Made by a program: the position numbers and the translations under genes. 64,000 nucleotides of DNA from Rhodospirillaceae bacterium (GTDB lineage Bacteria; Pseudomonadota; Alphaproteobacteria; MPNO01; VGEU01). Position 1 is the first letter of the stretch, and each line of letters begins with the position of its first letter. The stretch covers positions 21,316-85,315 of the forward strand of contig JBFWQM010000001.1 of assembly GCA_050249455.1 (NCBI GenBank), written 5' to 3'. The notes under the pieces were generated by a model, which worked only from the letters and a program-made list of their open reading frames with translations, had not been told where the DNA came from and searched no databases. This document shows positions 48,930 to 57,516 of this stretch, piece after piece.

Positions 48930-50159
48930 ATGGCCACCGCAAAGATCTCGCCGCTCGCGCCTGCCCGGTTCCCCGCCCTTCCCGTGATCGCCGGCGTCAG
49001 GCTGGGCAGCGCCGCCTGCGGGCTGCGCTACCGCGGCCGCACCGACCTCCTGTTCGTCGAACTCGCGCCCGGCACCACCGTCGCCGGCACGTTCACCCGC
49101 TCGCTGACGTCGTCGGCGCCGGTGGACTGGTGCCGCAAGGCGCTGGCCCGCGGCACGGCGCGGGCGATCGTCGTCAACTCGGGCAACGCCAACGCCTTCA
49201 CCGGCCGCGCCGGCGACGAATCGGTGGCGCGCACGGTGGATGCGGCGGCCAAGCTGCTCGGCGTCGCGCGGGAGGAGGTGTTCGTCGCCTCCACCGGGGT
49301 GATCGGCGAGCCGCTGGCCGACCACAAGATCACCGCCGTGCTGCCCGACCTGCGGCCGAAGCTCGCGGCCAACGGGTGGGAAGCCGCGGCGGCGGCGATC
49401 ATGACCACCGACACCTTCCCCAAGGCCGCGACCCGCAAGGCGACGATCGGCGGCACGACCGTCACCATCAACGGCATCGCCAAGGGCTCGGGCATGATCG
49501 CGCCCGACCTCGCCACCATGCTGGCGTTCGTCTTCACCGACGCGGCGATCCCGGCGCCGCTGCTGCAGAAGCTGTGCGCCGCGGCCTCCGACCGCTCGTT
49601 CAACGCGATCACGGTGGACGGCGACACCTCGACCAGCGACACGGTGCTTCTGTGCGCGACGGGCGAGGCCGGCAACCCGCCGCCGGGGGACGCGGCCGCC
49701 CTGCGCGACTTCGCCCGCGCCCTCGACGCGGTGATGATCGACCTCGCGCAGCAGGTGGTGAAGGACGGCGAGGGCGCCTCGAAGTTCATCGCCGTCACCG
49801 TGACCGGCGCGGCCTCGGCCGGCGCGGCGCGCCGGATCGGGCTCGCCATCGCCAACTCGCCGCTGGTCAAGACCGCGATCGCCGGCGAGGACGCCAACTG
49901 GGGCCGCATCGTCATGGCGGTCGGCAAGTCGGGCCAGAAGGCCGACCGCGACAAGCTCGCCATTTGCATCGGCGGCGTGCAGGTGACGGAGAACGGCATG
50001 GTCCGCGCCGGCTACGACGAGGCGCCGGTGGTCGCCCACATGAAGGGCACCGACATCGACATCGCCGTCGACGTCGGCATCGGCCGCGGCAAGGCGACCG
50101 TGTGGACCTGCGACCTGACCCACGGCTATATCGACATCAACGGCTCGTACCGGAGCTGA
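48930..50159 (+). CDS. argJ: bifunctional glutamate N-acetyltransferase / amino-acid acetyltransferase
   Basis: 409 aa from ATG 48930. NSGNANAFTG, KGSGMIAPDLATMLAF (autoprocessing ATML site), and the C-terminal INGSYRS. Confidence 0.9.
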   Translation: MATAKISPLAPARFPALPVIAGVRLGSAACGLRYRGRTDLLFVELAPGTTVAGTFTRSLTSSAPVDWCRKALARGTARAIVVNSGNANAFTGRAGDESVARTVDAAAKLLGVAREEVFVASTGVIGEPLADHKITAVLPDLRPKLAANGWEAAAAAIMTTDTFPKAATRKATIGGTTVTINGIAKGSGMIAPDLATMLAFVFTDAAIPAPLLQKLCAAASDRSFNAITVDGDTSTSDTVLLCATGEAGNPPPGDAAALRDFARALDAVMIDLAQQVVKDGEGASKFIAVTVTGAASAGAARRIGLAIANSPLVKTAIAGEDANWGRIVMAVGKSGQKADRDKLAICIGGVQVTENGMVRAGYDEAPVVAHMKGTDIDIAVDVGIGRGKATVWTCDLTHGYIDINGSYRS

Positions 50160-50163
50160 CGGC

Positions 50164-50574
50164 ATGGCGGCGCCGCTGCCGATCGTCCTCGTCGCCGCGG
50201 TGGCGCTGGTCGATGCCGACGGCCGGGTGCTGATCGCGCGCCGGCCGCAGGGCAAGGCGATGGCGGGACTGTGGGAATTCCCCGGCGGCAAGGTCGATCC
50301 CGGCGAGACGCCGGAAACCGCGCTGATCCGCGAGCTGAAGGAGGAGCTCGGCATCGACGTGACCGAGCGCTGCCTGGCGCCGTTCACCTTCGCCTCGCAC
50401 CGCTACGAGGCCTTCCACCTGCTGATGCCGCTCTATGTCTGCCGGGTCTGGCAGGGCGACGTTAAGGCGCTGGAGCACGAGGCGCTGGCGTGGGTGCGCC
50501 CGGTGCGCCTCGGCGACTACGACATGCCGCCGGCCGACAAGCCGCTCCTCGCCATGCTGCGCGACCTGCTGTAG
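50164..50574 (+). CDS. mutT: NUDIX hydrolase (MutT-like 8-oxo-dGTP diphosphatase)
   Basis: 136 aa with the NUDIX box GGKVDPGETPETALIRELKEELGI. Confidence 0.8.
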   Translation: MAAPLPIVLVAAVALVDADGRVLIARRPQGKAMAGLWEFPGGKVDPGETPETALIRELKEELGIDVTERCLAPFTFASHRYEAFHLLMPLYVCRVWQGDVKALEHEALAWVRPVRLGDYDMPPADKPLLAMLRDLL

Positions 50575-50589
50575 CAAATGAACCGGTGA

Positions 50590-50690
50590 TCCGCAGGGGC
50601 GGGTCTCGGACCCGCCTGCGATTTGGCCGCGCGAAAACGGCCGACCGGTGCGTGCGGCGAAAGAGCGGGTCCGAGACCCGCCCCTACGGA
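50590..50690. repeat. two inverted copies of family-A hairpin repeat (50590-50616 and 50664-50690)
   Basis: The first copy is identical to 19285-19311. The second is its reverse complement with 2 mismatches. Together they form a ~100-nt inverted-repeat structure. Confidence 0.8.
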
Positions 50691-50773
50691 ATGGCGGGGT
50701 GTCGAATTCCGCACGACAACAATCGACGCAGCACCGTAAGAATCGGTTGCGTGCGCAGACACGGAGCATCGCC

Positions 50774-52222
50774 ATGATCAGGACCGGCAAGGACTATCTG
50801 GAGAGCATCCGCGACGGGCGCGAGATCTATGTCGGCGCCGAGCGGGTGAAGGACCAGACGGCGCACCCGGCGTTCGCTGACGGCGCGCGCACCTATGCCG
50901 CGCTCTACGACATGAAGGCCGACCCGGCCAACCGCGATGTGATGACGGTGGAGGACGGCGGCGACCGCTACAGCACCTACTACCTGCAGCCCAGGACGCC
51001 GGCCGACCTAGTGCGGCGCAACGCGGCGCACCGCAGGATCACCGAGTTCTGCTACGGCCTGATGGGCCGCACGCCCGACGCGGTCGCCGGCAACATCACC
51101 GGACTCGCCATCAAGTCGGAGGTGTTCGACAGCGAGGACGGCGGCTACCGGAGGAACCTGCTCGCGATCTACGAGCACATGAGGAAGGACGACATCTTCG
51201 CGACCTACGCCGTGGTGCCGCCGCCCGGCGCCCGCAGCCGCGACTACTACCAGTCGGCCGGCGTCGCGATCCCGGCGGCGCGGGTGACGCGCGAGACCGA
51301 CAAGGGCGTCATCGTCAACGGCATGAAGATGCTGGCGACCGGCGCCGCCTACGCGCACGAGGTGCTGGTCGGCAACATCATGCCGCTGGCGCCTGACCAG
51401 AAGAACGAGTCGATCACCTGCGTCATCCCGCTGGCGCTGCCCGGCCTCAAGCTGGTCTCGCGCGCGCCGTTCAACCGCGCCGGCATGCGCGACTTCGACG
51501 GGCCGCTGACCCGGCGCTACGACGAATCCGACTGCATGCTGGTGTTCACCGACGCGCTGGTGCCGTGGGAGAAGGTGATCGTCCACAACAACGCGCCCTT
51601 GTCGCGCAACATCTACGTCCAGACGCCGGCGCACGTCATCGCCAACCACCAGTCGACGGTGCGCTTCCACACCAAGCTGCGCTTCCTGGTCGGCATCGCC
51701 AGCCTGGTGACGAAGTTCACCGGCGCGCGCGACATCCCTGCGGTGCGCGACACGCTTGCCCGCCTCGCCGCGATGGAGGCAGGCTACGGCGCCATGGTCG
51801 ACGCCCAGGTGCTGGTGCCGGAGATGCTGGAACCCGGCGTCTGCGTCTACAACCGGCGCTATCTCTACGCCGCGCTGCACTGGGCGATGGAGAACCACTC
51901 GGCGGTGCTCGACATCGTGCGCGAGCTGATGGGCGGCGGACAGTTCCAGTTCCCCGCCACCATCGCGATGACCGACGATCCCGAGCTCAAGGCGCTGTTC
52001 GAGACCTACTGGGCGGCCGGCCCGCACAGCGCGGTCGACCGGATGAAGCTGTTCAAGCTCGCCTGGGACCTCGTCGGGTCCGAGCACGCCAGCCGCGCCG
52101 CGTCCTACGAGAAGTTCTTCGTCGGCCCGGCGCACGCGCTGCGCAACTACAACTTCGTCAACGCCCCGTGGGACGAGCTGCACGGCATCGCGGAAGGGCT
52201 GATGGCGACGTATGAGCCGTGA
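50774..52222 (+). CDS. 4-hydroxyphenylacetate 3-monooxygenase oxygenase-component family (HpaB-like, two-component flavin monooxygenase)
   Basis: 482 aa from ATG 50774. The N-terminus MIRTGKDYLESIRDGREIYVGAERV and overall length fit the HpaB family as I recall it. No reductase gene is adjacent. Confidence 0.8.
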   Translation: MIRTGKDYLESIRDGREIYVGAERVKDQTAHPAFADGARTYAALYDMKADPANRDVMTVEDGGDRYSTYYLQPRTPADLVRRNAAHRRITEFCYGLMGRTPDAVAGNITGLAIKSEVFDSEDGGYRRNLLAIYEHMRKDDIFATYAVVPPPGARSRDYYQSAGVAIPAARVTRETDKGVIVNGMKMLATGAAYAHEVLVGNIMPLAPDQKNESITCVIPLALPGLKLVSRAPFNRAGMRDFDGPLTRRYDESDCMLVFTDALVPWEKVIVHNNAPLSRNIYVQTPAHVIANHQSTVRFHTKLRFLVGIASLVTKFTGARDIPAVRDTLARLAAMEAGYGAMVDAQVLVPEMLEPGVCVYNRRYLYAALHWAMENHSAVLDIVRELMGGGQFQFPATIAMTDDPELKALFETYWAAGPHSAVDRMKLFKLAWDLVGSEHASRAASYEKFFVGPAHALRNYNFVNAPWDELHGIAEGLMATYEP

Positions 52223-52243
52223 GGCATCTCCTTCGCGGCAGGC

Positions 52244-52328
52244 GCCCCCTCCCCCAACCCCCTCCCACGAGGGGAGGGGGCTAGAATCTTCCCCTCCCCT
52301 CGTGGGAGGGGGTCGGGGGGGAGGGGGC
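52244..52328. repeat. nested C-rich/G-rich palindrome (~37-bp arms, 10-nt spacer)
   Basis: GCCCCCTCCCCCAACCCCCTCCCACGAGGGGAGGGGG, then ctagaatctt, then CCCCTCCCCTCGTGGGAGGGGGTCGGGGGGGAGGGGGC. Each arm also folds on itself (CCCCTCCC..GGGAGGGG). Confidence 0.85.
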
Positions 52329-52396
52329 CTCTCCGCCCCTCGACTTTCGATAGTCATGATATGAATTCCGTTCCCCGCCGCTCCGAGGACTGACCG

Positions 52397-53650
52397 ATGT
52401 TGCGTGAGGTGTACCGGGCCAACCCGTATGGCTGGCTCGTGGTGGGTCTCAGTTTCTTCATCCTGGCGTTCATCTTCTCCGCCCGCTCGGCACTCGGGCT
52501 GTACATGCCGTACTGGGAGCAGGACCTCGGGTGGAGCCGCAGCTTCATCTCGACCGGCGCGGCGGTGGTGCTGATCGTGATGGCGGTGTCCTCGCCGTTC
52601 GGCGGCAACCTGCTCGACCGCTTCGGGCCGCGGCTGGTGTTCGCCGGCGGGCTGATGCTGATCGGGGTCAGCGTGCTGGCGACCGGGGCGATGCACGCGC
52701 CGTGGCAGTTCATCATCGTGTTCTGCGTCATGGGCGGCATCGGCTACGGCGCCACCTCGCTGCCGCAGGTGGCGGCGACCACGGCGCAGCTGTTCGACCG
52801 CTACCGCGGGCTCGCCACCGGCGTCGCCTCGGCGGGCGCGACCGGCGGCCAGCTCCTGGTGCTGCCGGTGCTGGCGCTGGTGATCGCCGCGCTCGGCTGG
52901 CGCACGTCGGTGGCGGCGTTCGGCGTTATCATGATCGCCGTCGCCGTGGTGGTGTGGTTCGTGTTCGGCCCGGCCAAGGCACGGGTCGCGGCGCCGGACG
53001 ACGGCGGCCCCTCGGTCGACGCGGCGATGGGGACCAAGCTGCGCTTCCTGTTCCGCGACCGCACGTTCTGGCTGCTCGGCGTCGGCTTCTGGATCTGCGG
53101 CTTCACCACGACGGGCGTGGTGGAGATGCACCTGATCCCCTACGCCGCGACCTGCGGCTTCACCCCGACCGAGGGCGCGACGGCCTATGGCGTCATGTCG
53201 GCGGTCAACATGGGCGGCATCATCCTGGCCGGCTTCCTGGCCGACCGCATGAGCCGGCCAATGCTGCTGGCCGGCGTGTACTTCGTGCGCGGCCTGACGT
53301 TCATCCTGCTGATGTTCATCGCCGGCGACTCGATGCTCCTGTTCCTGTTCGCGGTGGTGTTCGGCGCGTCGAACTACGCCGCCATGCCGGTGGTGGCCAG
53401 CATGGTCGCCAGCCATATCGGCGTGCGCATCATGGGCCTGACCCTCGGCCTCCTGTTCGGGCTGCACTCGGTGGGCGGCGCGGCGGGTGCGTTCATGGCC
53501 GGCAAGCTGTTCGACCTGCTCGCGACCTACGACTGGACGTGGATCGCCGCCCTGGTGCTGGCGATGCTGGCCGGCGTGCTGACGCTCTGCATCGAGGAGC
53601 GCCGCGCCCCGGCGCCGATGCAGCCGGTCCCGGTGCCGCAGCCGGCGTGA
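52397..53650 (+). CDS. MFS transporter
   Basis: 417 aa, about 12 hydrophobic segments. Has the MFS loop-like GGNLLDRFGPRLV. Confidence 0.8.
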   Translation: MLREVYRANPYGWLVVGLSFFILAFIFSARSALGLYMPYWEQDLGWSRSFISTGAAVVLIVMAVSSPFGGNLLDRFGPRLVFAGGLMLIGVSVLATGAMHAPWQFIIVFCVMGGIGYGATSLPQVAATTAQLFDRYRGLATGVASAGATGGQLLVLPVLALVIAALGWRTSVAAFGVIMIAVAVVVWFVFGPAKARVAAPDDGGPSVDAAMGTKLRFLFRDRTFWLLGVGFWICGFTTTGVVEMHLIPYAATCGFTPTEGATAYGVMSAVNMGGIILAGFLADRMSRPMLLAGVYFVRGLTFILLMFIAGDSMLLFLFAVVFGASNYAAMPVVASMVASHIGVRIMGLTLGLLFGLHSVGGAAGAFMAGKLFDLLATYDWTWIAALVLAMLAGVLTLCIEERRAPAPMQPVPVPQPA

Positions 53651-53654
53651 GGCG

Positions 53655-54557
53655 TCACGGCTGCGGCTTGTCGCCGGCCGGCTTCTCCTCCGCCTCCAGC
53701 GCATCGGCCAGGCGGGCGGCGGCGCTGCCGGGTCTCAGCGCCCGCGGCTGCGCCGCGTGCGGCGCCCAGCCGGTCAGCGTCAGCACCTCGAACGTCGCCG
53801 GGATGCGCCCGTCCGCGCCGGCATAGAGCGCGTGGTAGCGCGCCGCCGCTGCCATCAGGGTCGCGCGCCGGGTCGGGTTGCGGCGGCGGGCGACGGTCGC
53901 GTTCGTCTCCGCCATGCCGCGCAGGTCGCGCATCAGCGCGAAGGCATCCGCGTAGGTCACCGTGATGGTGTCGGAATCGACCACCGGCAGCGCGAACCCG
54001 GCGCGCTGCAGCAGCGCGCCGGCGTCGCGAACGTCGGCGACCGGGGAGGTGCGCGGGCTGGCGCCGCCTTCGACCTCGGTTTCACCTTCGATCAGCGCGC
54101 GGCGCAGCTCGACCAGGGTGTCGCCGCCCAGCATCGCGGCGACGAACAGCCCGTCCGGCTTCAGCGCGCGGCGGATCTGGATCAGCGCGCCGGGCAGGTC
54201 GTTGACCCAGTGCAGGTCCATCGCCGAGACCACCAGGTCGAACGCGCCGTCGGCGAAAGGCAGCGCCTCCGCGTCCGCCGCCACGCCGCCGCCGGCGCGG
54301 CGCACCATCGCCTCGGACAGGTCGCAGCCGACCAGCGTCTCGATCCCGCCGCGTCCGGCCAGCGCCCGCGCCAGCCCGCCGGTGCGGCAGCCGAGGTCGA
54401 GCGCCGCCGGGAACGCGCGCCGCACGTCGTCCAGCCGCTCTGCCACCCGCGCGGCGATCTCCTCGAACAGGAAGCCGTGCGCCGCGAACCCCGCCGCCGC
54501 GCGGTCGCGGTGCCGGCGCACCAGCTTGCGGTCGAAGATCGTGATGTCCGGCGCCAT
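53655..54557 (-). CDS. class I SAM-dependent methyltransferase (NDUFAF5/BioC-like)
   Basis: 300 aa from ATG at 54557. SAM motif ALDLGCRTGG, and VVSAMDLHWVNDLPG. Confidence 0.8.
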   Translation of the reverse strand: MAPDITIFDRKLVRRHRDRAAAGFAAHGFLFEEIAARVAERLDDVRRAFPAALDLGCRTGGLARALAGRGGIETLVGCDLSEAMVRRAGGGVAADAEALPFADGAFDLVVSAMDLHWVNDLPGALIQIRRALKPDGLFVAAMLGGDTLVELRRALIEGETEVEGGASPRTSPVADVRDAGALLQRAGFALPVVDSDTITVTYADAFALMRDLRGMAETNATVARRRNPTRRATLMAAAARYHALYAGADGRIPATFEVLTLTGWAPHAAQPRALRPGSAAARLADALEAEEKPAGDKPQP

Positions 54558-54596
54558 GGACGCTATATGGCATGGCGGCATGGCGGTGGACAGGAC

Positions 54597-54750
54597 CCAA
54601 CCCTCTCCGCCCTTCAGGGGATCGACGAGCAACGCTCGTCGATGGGTGCGAGCGCAGCGAGCGGGTGAGGTGGGTGCCGCCGCTGCGCGGTGTTCGACGG
54701 CGTTCCCCCACCTCACCCTGTCCCTCTCCGCCCCGCGGGGCGCAGAGGGA
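54597..54750. repeat. intergenic cluster of hairpins and short direct repeats
   Basis: CCCTCTCCGCCC occurs at 54601-12 and 54722-33. A 9-bp stem ATCGACGAG/CTCGTCGAT spans 54621-43. A 12-bp IR GGGTGAGGTGGG / CCCACCTCACCC lies at 54663-74 and 54707-18. An imperfect hairpin spans 54721-50. Confidence 0.75.
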
Positions 54751-54820
54751 ACGTGCGCGATGGCCGGTGCCACGGCGGCGCGCTACACTTCGGCGGCGAC
54801 AGGAACAGGGAGCATCGGCG

Positions 54821-56416
54821 ATGGCGGCGAAGACGGTCACGGCGGCGGAGTTGAAGCGGCGGCTGACGGGGACGGACGAGCTCGCCTTGCTCGACGTGCG
54901 CGAGGAAGGGACGTTCTCCGAGCGCCATTTGCTGCACGCGCGCACGCTGCCCTTGAGCCGGCTGGAGCTCGGGCTCGCCCACCTCGTGCCGCGGCGCGAC
55001 ACGCCGGTCGTGCTGTGCGACGACGGCGACGGGCTGGCGGAACGCGCGGCGGCGCGGATGAACGCGCTGGGCTGGACCGACGTCGCGGTCCTGCAGGGCG
55101 GCGTCGGCGGCTGGGCGGCGGCGGGCAACGAGGTGTTCAGCGGCGTCTACGTGCCGTCGAAGGCGTTCGGCGAGTTCGTCGAGCACGAGTCCGGCACGCC
55201 GTCGGTCTCCGCCGAGGAGCTCAAGGCGATGATGGACCGCGGCGAGAAGATGATCGTCCTCGACAGCCGGCCCTACGACGAATTCCACCGCATGAACATC
55301 CCGACCGGCATCGATTGCCCCGGCGCCGAGCTGGCGCTGCGCGTCCACGACCTCGCGCCGTCGCCCGACACCACGGTGGTGGTGAACTGCGCCGGCCGCA
55401 CCCGCTCGATCATCGGCGCGCAGTCGCTGATCAACGCCGGCATCCCCAACAAGGTCGTCGCGCTGCGCAACGGCACGATGGGCTGGGAGCTCGCCGGCTT
55501 CCAGTGCGAGCGCGGCCAGACCCGGCGCGCCGGCGCCGTCACCGCCGGCGGCCTCGCCCGCGCCCAGGGCGTGGCGCAGCACGTCGCGCAGCGCTTCGGC
55601 GTCAAGACGATCTATCTCGACCAGCTCGGCCCGATGCTCGCGGACACCCGCCGCACCACCCTGGTCTTCGACGTGCGCAGCCCGGAGGAGTACGAGGCCG
55701 GCCACCTGTCCGGCTCGCGCCCCGCGCCGGGCGGCCAGCTCGTGCAGGCGACCGACCTCTATGTCGGCACGCTCAACGCCCGCATCGTCCTGGTCGACGA
55801 CAACGGCGTGCGCGCCACCATGACGGCGTCGTGGCTGCTGCAGATGGGCTGGCCGGACGTCTACGTCCTGGCCGGCGCGCTGCTCAACGACGCGCTGGAG
55901 AAGGGCCGCTACGTCCCGCCGGTGCTCGGCCTCGACGGCCTGGTGACCGAGGACATCGATCCTGCCGGGCTGAAGGCGCTGCTGGAGCGGGGCGAGGCCG
56001 CGGTGGTCGACCTCGCGCGCAGCCCGGCCTACCGCAAGGGCCACGTCCCCGGCGCGTGGTTCGCGGTGCCGTCGCGGCTCGCCGCCGGCATCGCCAAGGT
56101 GCCGCCGGCGCGCCACCTGGTGCTGACGTCGGAGGACGGGACGGTGGCGCGGCTCAACGCGCGCGCGGCCTCGGCCGCCCGCGGCGGCGGGGTGAAGGTG
56201 CTGGCGGGCGGCACCGCGGCGTGGATCGCCGCCGGCCTGCCGCTCGCGGAGGGGGAGGAGAACATGGCCGACGTCACCGACGACGTCTGGCTGCGCCCCT
56301 ACGAGCGCAAGGGCGACCAGCGCGCGGCGGCGCTGGAATATCTGTCGTGGGAGGTCGACCTCGTCGCGCAGATCAAGCGCGACGGCACCACCCGCTTCCG
56401 CCATGTCCCCGGCTGA
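54821..56416 (+). CDS. multi-rhodanese-domain sulfurtransferase-like protein
   Basis: 531 aa from ATG 54821 with several rhodanese-like modules. One has a canonical active-site loop NCAGRTRS. The start is chosen at the first ATG after repeat-derived sequence. Confidence 0.75.
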   Translation: MAAKTVTAAELKRRLTGTDELALLDVREEGTFSERHLLHARTLPLSRLELGLAHLVPRRDTPVVLCDDGDGLAERAAARMNALGWTDVAVLQGGVGGWAAAGNEVFSGVYVPSKAFGEFVEHESGTPSVSAEELKAMMDRGEKMIVLDSRPYDEFHRMNIPTGIDCPGAELALRVHDLAPSPDTTVVVNCAGRTRSIIGAQSLINAGIPNKVVALRNGTMGWELAGFQCERGQTRRAGAVTAGGLARAQGVAQHVAQRFGVKTIYLDQLGPMLADTRRTTLVFDVRSPEEYEAGHLSGSRPAPGGQLVQATDLYVGTLNARIVLVDDNGVRATMTASWLLQMGWPDVYVLAGALLNDALEKGRYVPPVLGLDGLVTEDIDPAGLKALLERGEAAVVDLARSPAYRKGHVPGAWFAVPSRLAAGIAKVPPARHLVLTSEDGTVARLNARAASAARGGGVKVLAGGTAAWIAAGLPLAEGEENMADVTDDVWLRPYERKGDQRAAALEYLSWEVDLVAQIKRDGTTRFRHVPG

Positions 56417-57185
56417 GGCGGCCGCCGCCCTCGCGCCCGCGCTCCGCCGCGCGGCCGCCCGGCTCGGCCGCGCCGCGCTCGACACCGTGCTGCCGCCGCG
56501 CTGCCTCGCCTGCCGGGCCGAGGTCGCGGCGCCCGGCACCCTGTGCCACGCCTGCTGGCAGAAGCTCGCCTTCCTGGGGCCGCCGCACTGCGCGTCCTGC
56601 GGCCTGCCGTTCCCGTTCGACCCCGGCCCCGGCACGCGCTGCGCCGACTGCCTGCGCGACCCGCCGCCGTGGGGCCGGGCCCGCGCCGTGCTGCGCTACG
56701 ACGACGCCAGCCGCGGCCTCGCCGTCTCGTTCAAGCACGCCGACCGCACCGACATGGCGCCGGCACTCGGCGCCTGGCTCGCCCGCGCCGGGGTCGAACT
56801 GCTGGCCGACGCCGACGTCCTGGTGCCGGTGCCGCTGCACCGCTTCCGGCTGATCGCCCGGCGCTACAACCAGGCGGCGCTGCTGGCGCTGGCCGCCGGC
56901 AAGGCGGCCGGGGTGGCGGTGGTCCCGGACGCACTGGTGCGCACCCGCAACACCCCGTCGCAGGGCCGGCTGAAGCCGGGCGAGCGGGCGAGGAACGTGC
57001 GCGGCGCCTTCGCCGTCCGCCCTGGGCGCGTCGATGCGGTCGCCGGCCGCCGGGTGGTCCTGGTCGACGACGTGCTGACCACCGGCGCGACGGCGGAGGC
57101 CTGCACCCGCGCGCTCATGAAGGCCGGGGCGGCGGCGGTCGACGTGCTGACCCTGGCGCGGGTGATTCGGTCCGGCGTGGCCTGA
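56403..57185 (+). CDS. ComF-family protein (zinc-ribbon plus phosphoribosyltransferase domain)
   Basis: 260 aa. CxxC pairs (CLAC...CHAC, CASC...CADC) and the PRTase motif VVLVDDVLTTGAT. Confidence 0.8.
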   Translation: MSPAEAAAALAPALRRAAARLGRAALDTVLPPRCLACRAEVAAPGTLCHACWQKLAFLGPPHCASCGLPFPFDPGPGTRCADCLRDPPPWGRARAVLRYDDASRGLAVSFKHADRTDMAPALGAWLARAGVELLADADVLVPVPLHRFRLIARRYNQAALLALAAGKAAGVAVVPDALVRTRNTPSQGRLKPGERARNVRGAFAVRPGRVDAVAGRRVVLVDDVLTTGATAEACTRALMKAGAAAVDVLTLARVIRSGVA

Positions 57186-57258
57186 CAAATTAACCAGCCC
57201 GTCGCATATTAGAAATGTTCGCGCCCGCCGCGGGCGCATTGCGATACGGAAACATGCC

Positions 57259-57516
57259 GTGACCGAGGTCCTGATCTACTCCAGTTCCTGGTGTCCGTTC
57301 TGCCACCGGGCCAAGCGTCTCCTGACCAACAAGGGCGTGGCGTTCACCGAGATCGACGTCGACGGCAAACCCGACCTGCGCCGCGAGATGGTGGACAAAG
57401 CCGGCGGCCGCTCCACCGTGCCGCAGATCTTCATCGGCGGCGCCCATGTCGGCGGCTGCGACGACCTCTACGCGCTCGACCGCGCCGGCAAGCTCGACGC
57501 CATGCTGGCGGCATGA
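57259..57516 (+). CDS. grxC: glutaredoxin 3
   Basis: 85 aa. Active site CPFC, TVPQIFIGGAHVGGCDDL. GTG start. Confidence 0.9.
   Translation: MTEVLIYSSSWCPFCHRAKRLLTNKGVAFTEIDVDGKPDLRREMVDKAGGRSTVPQIFIGGAHVGGCDDLYALDRAGKLDAMLAA

Noticed and set aside
51008-53704. 898-aa minus-strand ORF across the HpaB-like and MFS genes
   Set aside because: It is an antisense, Arg/His/Asp/Gly-rich translation that runs straight through the intergenic palindrome, whereas both plus-strand genes have clear family features.
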